A stretch of DNA of 64,000 nt from Alphaproteobacteria bacterium (lineage in GTDB: Bacteria; Pseudomonadota; Alphaproteobacteria; SHVV01): assembly GCA_965261735.1 (NCBI GenBank), contig OZ253470.1, positions 3,712,001 through 3,776,000 of the forward strand, read 5' to 3'. Positions 53,704 to 64,000 of this stretch are shown piece by piece. Position 1 is the first letter of the stretch. The number at the start of each line of letters is the position of its first letter. Under the pieces are notes generated by a model. That model did no database searches. It saw only the letters and a program-made list of their open reading frames with translations, and was not told where the DNA came from. The position numbers were made by a program, and so were the translations under genes.

Positions 53704-55316
53704 TCGCCGGCTCAAACGGAGACAGGAGCGGTGACACCCGCCCGCTGTGGATAACCGGGTTGTCGCCGCCAGACTCTTGGCGGTCGCTGCGCCAACCCGG
53801 TTACCTACAGCTCGACCAAGTCCGACACCCCAAACACCGCGTCTGGGGGTACGACCGAACGCTCAAAGTGAGAAATATTTCGATCGACAAAAGTGGGAAA
53901 TTTTCAGTCGCAATTGACAGCCTGCGCCGCCTACCTGGAGAAAGCCCGCTGGGGAGACGGCTTTGCCTGCCCGCACTGCGGCACGGCGGGAGAGCCGTTC
54001 CACTTTGAAAACCGCCCTGGCGTCCTGCGCTGCCGCAAGTGCCGCCAGAACACCGGGCTGACGGTGGGAACAGTGATGGAGCGTAGCCACACTCCGCTGA
54101 ACGTCTGGTTCTGGGCCGCTTATCTGGTCGCCAGTCAGACGCCCGGCATGTCCGCCGTGCAGTTTCAGCGGCAACTTGGTCTTTCGCGCTACGAGACGGC
54201 CTTTCAAATTCTCCACAAGCTCCGCTCGGGCATGGTGCGGCCCAACCAAGACAGGATCGGTGGACAGCCCAAGAACCATGTTGAGGTGGACGAAACCTGG
54301 GTTGGCGGGCGAACGCGTGGGGAAGGCCGTGGTGTTCACCACAAGGTTCCCGTCTCCTGTGCCATCGAGGTGCGTCATCGAAAGCCGGGCACCAAGCTCG
54401 ACAACCGGAAAGACGGACGCTATGCCGGACGCGTTCGGCTCGCCGTCGTGCTCGACCGTAGCGCCGAGTCGCTCTGTGGGTTCGTCGAGAGCACCGTCGC
54501 GCCGCGATCGCTGACCGTTACTGACGATTGGAGCGGCTATGCTGGCCTCGGTAAGCGCGGCTATGAGCACTTCGCTGTTGCCGAGCGTGGTGATCCAGAG
54601 GTTGCCGAGCAATACCTGCCGATCATCCATCTGGTTTTCGCCAACCTGAAGACGTGGCTGATCGGTATCCACCACGGCGTTAGCCACCAGCACCTACAAG
54701 CCTACCTCAACGAGTTCACCTTCCGCTTCAACAGGCGGTTCTACCCGTTCAACGCCTTCCGCTCATTGCTCGGCATCGCGGGCGACACCTCTGCTCCAAC
54801 CTATGCCGAGCTTTACTCGGGAGAGTGGCGGCACCCTACATGTAGCGGTCATGGGCGTTAACCGGATAGGCAAGGAAGATACAGGCCTGCCATATCGTCG
54901 AACTGAAAGACGGACATGTGTTCGACACCAAGAAGGCCGGGGCTGAGCGAACCGCTATGCATCGGTTTATTGAGCGGAATGCTCAGCACATTCAGTACCG
55001 GTTCGAATCGCATTTCGTCGCCTTCAATCAGGACGACAGAACCGCGATTTGGGAGGGGTTCAAGAAGAGGATCGCCTTGAGCGAAGCCATGACAGGTCGG
55101 CAATTCTGCCAGCTTCTTGAGATCGACTATGACGCCATTGTGCAGCCGCGGCTAGTCGATTGTGCCGACAACGTGGAGTTCTTTCTGTCAGAATTAACGA
55201 AGATCAAAGGCATCAAGCAGAGGCTGCTTGATCTGCTGAATGGCTAGGATTGTATATAATTCCCTTATGTTACCCAAAGATTATTTTCGGGCAGCGAATT
55301 CCGATGGGAGGCGACC

Positions 55317-56738
55317 GTGCCCTACGTGTTCTACGACACCGAGACTACCGGGACCAAAACAGCCTTCGATCAAATCTTGCAATTTGCCGCCATCAGAACG
55401 GATGACGATCTCAACGAACTGGATCGCCTTAATATAAGGTGCTGCTTGCTGCCGCATATTGTCCCGTCGCCGGGGGCGCTCCGCGCTACGCGGGTCACAC
55501 CGGCGATGCTGACCGATCCGGCGTTGCCGTCCCACTATGAAGCGATCCGACAGGTCCAGGCAAAACTTCTGGAGTGGTCGCCAGCAACGTTCATCGGCTT
55601 CAATTCGCTTGAGTTCGACGAGCCCCTGCTGCGCCAAGCCCTGTTTCAGACTCTTCACCCAGCCTATCTGACGAACACCAACGGCAACGCGCGCTCCGAT
55701 GTGATGCGCGTGGCGCACGCGGTCAGCATCTATGCCCCAGACAATATAACTGTGCCGACCGACGACCGGAGTCGGCAGACCTTCCGCCTTGAACGTCTCG
55801 CACCTGCGAACGGCTACAATCACGACGAAGCGCACGAGGCGATGGCGGACGTCGAGGCAACGATCTACATGGCTCGCTTAGTACAGGACCGCGCACTGGA
55901 CATCTGGCATGCCATGGACCGGGCGAGCACAAAAAATGCCGTTAAAGCGTATGTCACGGCCCAGTCGATGTTCTCGTTGACCGAGCGCTATTTCGGGCGC
56001 ACCTATTCGTGGCTTGTGGCGCCCTGCGGTCAAAACCCTGCCTATGATGGCCAGCTTGCCGTCTTCGATCTCTATTACGATCCCGACGACTATCGCTCAC
56101 TGTCCACAAAGGATTTGATTGGTGTTCTGAATGCCAGCCCGAAGGTGATCCGGTCCCTGCGGGCCAGCAGCCAACCCATCATGATGTCGGCAGATGTGGC
56201 CCCGGAGAATGTCAAAGCGCTTTCTGTTCCGGCCGACGAGCTGCGCCGCCGTGTCGCAGTCATTCAGGACGATAAGGATTTTCACGCACGGGTCGGGCAG
56301 GCACAGGCGCTTCGTTTTGCGGATAAGGAACCCTCACCGCATATCGAACAGCGACTTTATGACAGCTTTCCGGGCGACGCGGATCAGGCGCTTATGGCGC
56401 AGTTTCACGATGTGGATTGGTCGGACCGTGTGGCCCTTACTGGGCGAATCGAGGACCCTCGCGTGAAGGCATTTGCGCATCGCCTCATCTACTTTGAACG
56501 CCCTGATTTGCTGCCCGCCGACAGAAGGGCTGAACTTGATGCATGGCGGGCCAAACGGGCGCTGAGCGAGGATGAGAGTGTTCCCTGGATGACCGTCAGG
56601 AAAGCGCTGCGCGAGGCTGATGACCTCCTACAAAATGCCGCTGCCGATGAGCGTGCATTGCTCGGCGCGGTTAAGGATTTTCTTGTCGAGCTTGCGCAGC
56701 ATCTCGGTTCTGAATCAACATCAACTGGGCGCTTATGA
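55317..56738 (+). CDS. sbcB: Exodeoxyribonuclease I-like DEDDh 3'-5' exonuclease
   Basis: FYDTETTG, QILQFAAIRTD, GFNSLEFDE, AHEAMADVEAT, IEQRLYDSF; 473 aa. Confidence 0.88.
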   Translation: MPYVFYDTETTGTKTAFDQILQFAAIRTDDDLNELDRLNIRCCLLPHIVPSPGALRATRVTPAMLTDPALPSHYEAIRQVQAKLLEWSPATFIGFNSLEFDEPLLRQALFQTLHPAYLTNTNGNARSDVMRVAHAVSIYAPDNITVPTDDRSRQTFRLERLAPANGYNHDEAHEAMADVEATIYMARLVQDRALDIWHAMDRASTKNAVKAYVTAQSMFSLTERYFGRTYSWLVAPCGQNPAYDGQLAVFDLYYDPDDYRSLSTKDLIGVLNASPKVIRSLRASSQPIMMSADVAPENVKALSVPADELRRRVAVIQDDKDFHARVGQAQALRFADKEPSPHIEQRLYDSFPGDADQALMAQFHDVDWSDRVALTGRIEDPRVKAFAHRLIYFERPDLLPADRRAELDAWRAKRALSEDESVPWMTVRKALREADDLLQNAAADERALLGAVKDFLVELAQHLGSESTSTGRL

Positions 56739-56793
56739 AGTAGGACGTGGCTGACAGACGGCCCGACTACTCGTACCTTGTGGCAGCGCTTCC

Positions 56794-56820
56794 TTCGCCT
56801 CCGGCAGCGCGGAGGGCGAA
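56794..56820. terminator. GC-rich hairpin between convergent genes
   Basis: ttcgcctccg-gcagcg-cggagggcgaa; no clear U-tract. Confidence 0.3.
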
Positions 56821-57052
56821 ATCCCGGCGGCCGAGCGCCTTGATATCTGTTATTTTGACGATGCAGGTTTTAAACACGGCGTCCAGCGCACACCTTTATC
56901 GCCGATCTGCGCATTGTGAATGAACAAGAACGGGGTCCGCGAAGACGGAACGGCGGCTGACTCTTGGCGATGGCGTGATGTAGGGTGGTGCATCCTGGCG
57001 ATTATCAGAGTCAATATTTACACGTCAGCCAGTGGTTAGTGGCGTGCGAAAT

Positions 57053-57853
57053 CTAAGCCTCTCCCACTTGGTCCCATAGCTCATCTATTGGCAGCCTCGG
57101 AGTATCTTTGAGCAGCGCCACGTCCAAAGCTCTGCGTCTCCGATCATCGATAACGGCGCTATTGATGCAATGGTTTGCACGTCCTTTGAACTCCCTCAGC
57201 AATCGATTGATTTCGCTATCAATCTGGTGAAACGGGAGGCGGTTGTTGGTAAACGAAAACGCGTCTCCCCAACCGCGAATCAGTCGGTCCACGCGAACGA
57301 GCACTTGAGCAAATGCCTCTTCTGCTCGTCGTTCATTGTCGGCGGAGGCATACGCCGTGATTGCATGGCTTCCAGTGTTCAGAGTGTACCGAATATTTCT
57401 CAGAAAACTTTTCCTCGCCTTTTTCGATGGCATAACACTATTGGCTTGGATGGAGCATCCGAGAAAATCAAACCCATCGGAAACCTGACCAACCTTTGAC
57501 TTATCAGTGTTTTCGTCGGGATCATACGCTTTCATCCCGAGATCGCCGAGAATGGAGATAGCCGAGGAGAAGGCGGTTTGTACAGCGTTCTCCGATCGTC
57601 CAAGGATTACAAAATCATCAATGTACCGGACGGTCCTGATATTTCGGCTGTTCAGATTTCTATCGAAATCCTGCAAAACGACGTTCCCTGCAAATGCTGA
57701 AAGGGAGGACCCTTGAGGTACTCCGATGTCCTCAAGCGGGAACAAGTGAAGCCATTCCCTGATTTCGTCCGCATTTTCCAATTCTGTAGTCATGGCTAGC
57801 TCAAGAAGCGCCGCGAAGTCGTCATCACCGGTCTGGTCGCGCACAAAGTCGAT
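57053..57853 (-). pseudogene. Group II-like reverse transcriptase (YIDD type), 5' part lost at IS256 element B
   Basis: GVPQGSSLS, RYIDDFVIL, GFDFLG, thumb-like LIRGWGDAF. Confidence 0.88.
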
Positions 57854-59190
57854 GATCGTGTCCCGCGGAGTGGTGTAAGAGCGTTGCGCTCTACGCGGCT
57901 CCCGGCGGGTAGGGCCGGGACGTTCAGGCTGCCACGGTGGGCAGCGTGATGGGGACACCATCGCTCAGCGGAGCGATGGATTCCAGCGTCATGTATCTCC
58001 TTGAGACGGCCCACTCGTCGTTCTGCTCGAGAAGGATGGCGCCGACGAGCCGTGTGATGGCGGCTTCGTTGGGAAAGATACCGACGACGTTGGTGCGACG
58101 CTTGACCTCGGCATGGAGCCGTTCGATCGGGTTTGTGGAGTGCAATTTCTGGCGGTGCTCCCTGGGGAAGCTCATGTAGGCGAGGACGTCGTGCTCGGCT
58201 TCGTCCATGAGAACTGCCAGCTTGGGCACCTTGGGCCTGAGCTGGTCGGCGACCTGGCGCCACTGGACCTTCGCGCTGTCGGCGCCCTCCTGGGCGAAGG
58301 CGGAGACGACGCGCCGGCCCTGGCGGCCGGCATGGGCCAGCAGGTTGCGGGCGAAGTGCACGCGGCAGCGCTGCCATGTGGCGCCGAGGATCCGGGTCGC
58401 GGCGGCCTTCAGGCCCTTGTGGTCGTCGGAGATCACCAGCTTCACGCCGCGCAGCCCGCGCCGGGCCAGCGAGCGCAGGAACTCGGTCCAGAAGGTCTCG
58501 GCCTCCGACGCGCCGATCGCCACGCCCAGGACCTCGCGGCGGCCTTGGTCGTTGACGGCCACAGCCACGGTCACCGCGACCGAGACGATGCGTCCGGTCT
58601 GGCGCACCTTCACGTAGGTGGCGTCGAGCCACAGATAGGGCCAGTCGCCCTCCAGCGGTCGATCGAGGAAGCCGTTGACCTTATCGTCGATCTCGCCGCA
58701 CAGCCTGGAGACCTGGCTCTTGGAGGCGCCCGACATCCCCATCGCCTGAACCAGATCGTCGACCGAGCGGGTCGACACCCCCTGGATGTAGGCCTCCTGG
58801 ATCACCGCAGCCAGCGCCTTCTCGGCCATCCGCCGCGGCTCCAGGAAGCCCGGGAAGTAGCTTCCCTTCCTCAGCTTCGGGATCTTCAGCTCGACCGTGC
58901 CGGCCCGCGTCTCCCAGGACCGGTCGCGGTAGCCGTTGCGATGGGTGATACGATCCGCCGAGCGCTCGCCGTGCCCGGCGCCGGTCAGGCCCTCAACCTC
59001 CAGTGCCATCAGCCGCTCGGCCGTGAAGCCGATCATCTCGCGCAAAAGGTCGGCGTCAGAACTCTTTTCCAACAGTGCGCGCAGCGTCATCATGTCGTTG
59101 GCGGTCATCGTGGTTCTCCTCCGGTCGGGTGGACTCTGCAAGCCCAACCCTAAACCGGTACCGCGATGGCCTCCGCTGTGGGACACGACC
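57854..59190 (-). mobile_element. IS256-family element B, transposase 57924-59108
   Basis: TIR g(a/g)tcgtgtccc; [29 protein letters not shown]. Flanks do not match. Confidence 0.92.
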
Positions 59191-59295
59191 CGAAGTGAAA
59201 CGTGACGTTCGTGGCGCATGCTGCATATCTCAGTCGACCCGGCTTTCGTTGACCCGCACTGACGGGCCCAGCCACGTCTTGCGATCGGAGAACTA

Positions 59296-61176
59296 ATGGC
59301 CACCCCAGAAACGCCTGCTTTTTCCCGGTCCAATCCCTTTGCCTGGCCGCGCGTGAATTATCGACTTTCTCTGGCGTCGATTCTTGTTTTGAGCTTCGGC
59401 TCGCTGATCACGGTCTCCATCTTGCTTGTGCTGGGTTTTGCTATCGTCAGTGCCGCGCGCAATACCGTCGATCTGTTACGCGATCAAGCAGATCTTGGCA
59501 TTGGCATCATCACCAGCGAGATTGAGGACCACCTGAAGTCGGCACGCGATCAAGTCTCTTTCGTGACGCGCGCACTGGAGACAGGCAGTTTGGACGTCAG
59601 CGATTTCGATCAGATGGGAAAATTGCTTTTCGGCGCCATGGCGGCCGACCCGGCGATCGGTGCACTCGCGTTTCTTTATCCCGACGGCGGGGCGGTGATT
59701 GCCGACAGGATGGCGGACCCGGCACGCAGTTATCGCGTCGATTACGCTGCCGACGCCGCCGTCAAGCAAGCACTCGATCACGGCCGCGTCAGCGATGAAC
59801 CGATCTGGGGGCCACCGTCATATCGCCCCGACTTCGACCGCACGATCTTGAGTTGGCAGTCGCCTGTCCGCAAGGACGATGAATTTCGTGGCGTTCTGGT
59901 GGCGGCGATCAGTGTCCGTACCCTGTCGGAATATCTGAAGCGGGCGGTCGAGCATCTCGGCCGCAACGTTTTCGTTCTGTACGGCGAGGAAAGAGTACTC
60001 GCCCACAGACTCATGGCGGCAGGCTATCCAGGTCTTTCTCTTCGGGATCCGTTGCCGCGGCTAGACGGTTTCGGGGACCGCATTCTGGGCCGAATGTGGG
60101 ACCGGGAATCGATGCGGCCGAGCATAATTGAACTCCGCCCACCGTTGCAGAGCCACGTGACTGATATCGATGGTGTCGAGCACGTGTTCATCTACCGCCA
60201 GCTCGAAACCTATACCGGGACGCCCTGGTATGTCGGCATGCATTTTCCCCGCGATGTCGTCGCCGCTGAGGTGAATCGATTGCGAAACTCGATCATTGCC
60301 GGACTCATCGCACTTGTGCTTTCGGTTGCACTGGCTTTGCTTATGGGATGGCGCCTGGCGCGACCGGTCGCCCGCCTGTCGTCCGCTGCGCGCCTGGTGG
60401 GAGAGATGCAACTCGAGGATATCGGTGAGCTACCACGCAGCCGGGTGCGTGAGTTGGACGAGCAATCAAGCGCCTTCAACGCGATGACCGGCGCCCTCAA
60501 ATGGTTTCAGGCTTATGTACCGCGGTCGCTGGTGCGCCAGTTGGTCCGCGAGGGTGATCTTGCCGCGCTCGCCTCCGGCAGACGGAATGTGACCGTAATG
60601 TTCACCGATATCGCCGGGTACTCGACGGTTTCGGAAGGCAAGGGCGCTGCGGAAATCGCGGCACTGCTCAATCATCATTTTGCAATTGTTACACGTGAGA
60701 TAGAGGCCGAAGGCGGCACGGTGGACAAGTTCATCGGTGATAGCGTCATGGCCTTTTGGGGCGCACCGGAGAAGCAAAAGAACCGTGCAATCCGCGCCTG
60801 CCGTGCGGCGCTTGCTATCCGTGCCGGTATAGCCGCAGACAACGAGGCGAGAGCGGACCGCGCGGAACTGCCGATATGCATGCGCATCGGCATCCATTCG
60901 GGCGAGGCGACGGTTGGCAACATCGGAACACAGGACCGGATCAACTACACGGTCATCGGCGACGATGTAAATGTTGCGCAACGATTGGAACAGATCGGCA
61001 AACAGGTAACGCCCGATGCCGAGGTGGCAATCAGCATCAGTGCGGCGACAGTCGCGGATCTGGACAGCAGTTTCGATATCGAGCCGGTCGGAGAGATGGA
61101 GGTTAAGGGCCGCACTGCACCCGTACGCGTCTACCGACTCGTCGGGACAGTCCAGGAACTCGCCACCCAGGCTTAA
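59296..61176 (+). CDS. Membrane class III adenylate/guanylate cyclase (TM, Cache-like, TM, HAMP, cyclase)
   Basis: Two TM segments; [38 protein letters not shown]. Confidence 0.92.
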   Translation: MATPETPAFSRSNPFAWPRVNYRLSLASILVLSFGSLITVSILLVLGFAIVSAARNTVDLLRDQADLGIGIITSEIEDHLKSARDQVSFVTRALETGSLDVSDFDQMGKLLFGAMAADPAIGALAFLYPDGGAVIADRMADPARSYRVDYAADAAVKQALDHGRVSDEPIWGPPSYRPDFDRTILSWQSPVRKDDEFRGVLVAAISVRTLSEYLKRAVEHLGRNVFVLYGEERVLAHRLMAAGYPGLSLRDPLPRLDGFGDRILGRMWDRESMRPSIIELRPPLQSHVTDIDGVEHVFIYRQLETYTGTPWYVGMHFPRDVVAAEVNRLRNSIIAGLIALVLSVALALLMGWRLARPVARLSSAARLVGEMQLEDIGELPRSRVRELDEQSSAFNAMTGALKWFQAYVPRSLVRQLVREGDLAALASGRRNVTVMFTDIAGYSTVSEGKGAAEIAALLNHHFAIVTREIEAEGGTVDKFIGDSVMAFWGAPEKQKNRAIRACRAALAIRAGIAADNEARADRAELPICMRIGIHSGEATVGNIGTQDRINYTVIGDDVNVAQRLEQIGKQVTPDAEVAISISAATVADLDSSFDIEPVGEMEVKGRTAPVRVYRLVGTVQELATQA

Positions 61177-61562
61177 TCCCGCATTTCCCAGGTGAACTTC
61201 GGCGTTGGACCCTTTGAACGCTGATTCTATGTTCGGTGTCATCGGGTTAGATGACGTAGAGGGCGGTTCGGATGTGGAACTCGGAGGGTGAATTCGGATT
61301 TGCGGCGGGCGCCGGCAGCGGTCTCAATAGCGGCATCAAAATGGAACCTTCTGGAGAAAGGTGCGACAGGAATGCTGCCCGCTACGCAAGGGTTTGGGCG
61401 CCGCCCTTGGCAGTTTGCTGGGGCCAGCAGCCGTCGCGGCCTTGAGGGCGGCGGAAGGGCGTCTCGCGCCGATTGCGAAAACCGCTTAGCGCGCCATGGC
61501 ACGATCGGGTCTCACCGAAGGTGAAGCACTAGCTAGTCAGGACGCGCGGCACGGATTCCCGG

Positions 61563-62636
<1,074 letters not shown>

Positions 62637-63140
62637 CTACTTGAGCCGGCCGTGCCGCTTTGCCAGGCCCTCGTACACCAGCCGCTCCGCGCTCGATCTC
62701 GCCGCGGGCCTCGTCATCGACAAGTGCTATAGGCGTCACCCAGGGAGTTCCTCGAGTTGGTCATGGGCAGGACTTGCGGCTCCGCAAGGCCCGGGCGGTC
62801 AAGGCCCCTGGCTGGCGGGGCGGCCGCACTATCATGCGGCCCATCGCCCCCAGCATGCCGAGGTTCATCATGTTGCGACTTGACGAGGCTGACGACTTGT
62901 GCCGGGGGAAGATGCGGGTCGGATAGGTCGCCGCCGCTGCCCCGCACCGCGTTCGCCGCCAGGCTCCGCATCCCTGTTCCGCGGCCCGGCGCATGCGGCG
63001 GCGGTAGAGGGAGAGCAGAGCCAGAGACAAGGAGATCTTTCGAGGGAAAGGGGCCCGGCGGAGCTATCGTAACGCACGGAGGATCAGATGATCTCAATCT
63101 ACGCCTTCGGCCGAAACCGTCAGAGATGTCAACCAGGGAA

Positions 63141-63425
63141 TCAGGCGCCCGCCGCCCTCTTCAGCGCGGCCGCCGGCCGGAACTTCAGAACCTTGGAGGC
63201 CTTGATCCGGATCGCTTCGCCCGTCTGCGGATTGCGGCCCTTGCGCGCCCGGCGCTTGGTGATGGTGAAGGTGCCGAAGTTGCCGATGGTGTAGCGGCCT
63301 TCCTTCTTCGATTTCTTCAGCCCGGTCTCGATCTCGCCCAACACCAAGTCGACCATGCGCTTGGACTCGACCTTGCTCATGTTGCCTTTCTTGGCGACGT
63401 TCTCGATGAATGCGGCTCTGCTCAT
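63141..63425 (-). CDS. HU-family DNA-binding protein
   Basis: NFGTF, RRARKGRNPQTGEAIRIKAS, KFRP. Start taken at MSRAAF. Confidence 0.93.
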   Translation of the reverse strand: MSRAAFIENVAKKGNMSKVESKRMVDLVLGEIETGLKKSKKEGRYTIGNFGTFTITKRRARKGRNPQTGEAIRIKASKVLKFRPAAALKRAAGA

Positions 63426-63739
63426 GCTGTGTAGCCTCTTTACGGTCCCCAAACCGAATCGACGCTCGTAAGGGCACTACATATAGTAGGGTTTTGCTCA
63501 GGTGTACACAGAACTGCTCCGATAGCCCCATTCCAACGGATTTGTTCGGACGGTCGTCAAGCTAGGTGTTCGCGGCGCGGCCGGGTACCGCATCAAGGAG
63601 GGCGAACCTCTGCGCGTGACGGAATTCCTTTTTTGTGGTCTGCCGCCGCTGCCATTATCGTGACCAGCCTATGAGTTTTTTCTGAATGTGGGTCGTGGCG
63701 CGGTGGCGCCAGGCTGCGTGACGAGGGGAGGCCATATCG

Positions 63740-63934
63740 GTGGAAAACGTTAAACTGGAAGTCGTGGACGGGAACCGGCTTATTATTGAAGTCGATCTGA
63801 ACCACCGCGGCGACATCAGCGCTTCGGGAAAGACCAAAAGGGTGGCGTCTACCCTGGGCAATGTCAGCGTTCAGGATGCCAATGGCGTCGAGGTCAAAAT
63901 AGGGCTCAACGTTTACGTCAAACCCGGCGATTGA
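63740..63934 (+). CDS. Small hypothetical protein, 64 aa
   Basis: GGGGAGG RBS; amphipathic beta-strand pattern with SASGKT and KIGLNVY. Confidence 0.7.
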   Translation: MENVKLEVVDGNRLIIEVDLNHRGDISASGKTKRVASTLGNVSVQDANGVEVKIGLNVYVKPGD

Positions 63935-64000
63935 CACCGGTTCGATCCGACTTCCCGCGGGGCGGCGGCGATCCGGCTGCTGGTGCTGACCGGGTGCCGG

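Larger units (their letters stand above)
51765..53919 (+). mobile_element. IS21-family element B (2155 bp)
   Basis: TGT...ACA ends; 5-bp TSD gcctg at 51760-51764 and 53920-53924. Confidence 0.93.
51610..54874 (+). mobile_element. IS1595-family copy 11, containing IS21 element B
   Basis: TSD gaagatac at 51602-51609 and 54875-54882. Confidence 0.95.
51303..55247 (+). pseudogene. Putative type II PD-(D/E)xK restriction endonuclease (223 aa when repaired), split by copy 11
   Basis: EPDFMVF...KKI|QACHIVELKDGHVFDTKK is in frame after IS removal; starts 4 bp after the methyltransferase stop. Confidence 0.8.
48368..55264 (+). mobile_element. Transporter IS1595-family element (ISNwi1-like ends) carrying methyltransferase and endonuclease genes; 2511 bp after removing nested ISs
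   Basis: 24-bp TIRs, 22/24 identical (48368-48391 and 55241-55264). Flanks ttattttt / ttatgtta are not a clean TSD. Confidence 0.85.

Noticed and set aside
56739-57853. Group II intron, retron or DGR
   Set aside because: No domain V/VI-like sequence after the ORF, no retron VTG motif, no template/variable repeat pair. The 5' context is lost, so an associated ncRNA cannot be assessed.
40850-57853. YIDD RT as the cause of the many deletions via microhomology joining
   Set aside because: Only the copy-7 deletion shows a clean 8-bp microhomology, other junctions do not, and the RT is truncated.

Overview
High-GC alphaproteobacterial-type chromosomal DNA (pgk, sat, mreB, HU, Mla-like genes) undergoing an insertion-sequence burst. 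By my boundary calls about 30 kb of the 64 kb is IS DNA, from 7 families: IS1595, IS21, IS256, ISKra4, IS66, IS630 and IS3. One 1105-bp IS1595-family element (ISSod11-like ends, 8-bp TSDs) occurs 11 times, often nested. Signalling, catabolic and defence genes are broken, while core genes are intact. The two most notable objects are cargo-carrying ISs. (1) An apparently intact 2431-bp IS66 element has a small DNA adenine methyltransferase gene overlapping its transposase start (37173-39603). (2) A hidden ~2.5-kb IS1595-family element carries a complete type II-like restriction-modification pair (48368-55264) and is visible only after two nested insertions are removed. It abuts a type I hsdS remnant and lies next to an exonuclease I gene and a truncated YIDD-motif group II-like reverse transcriptase. 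All family assignments come from reading motifs by eye; no database search was run.
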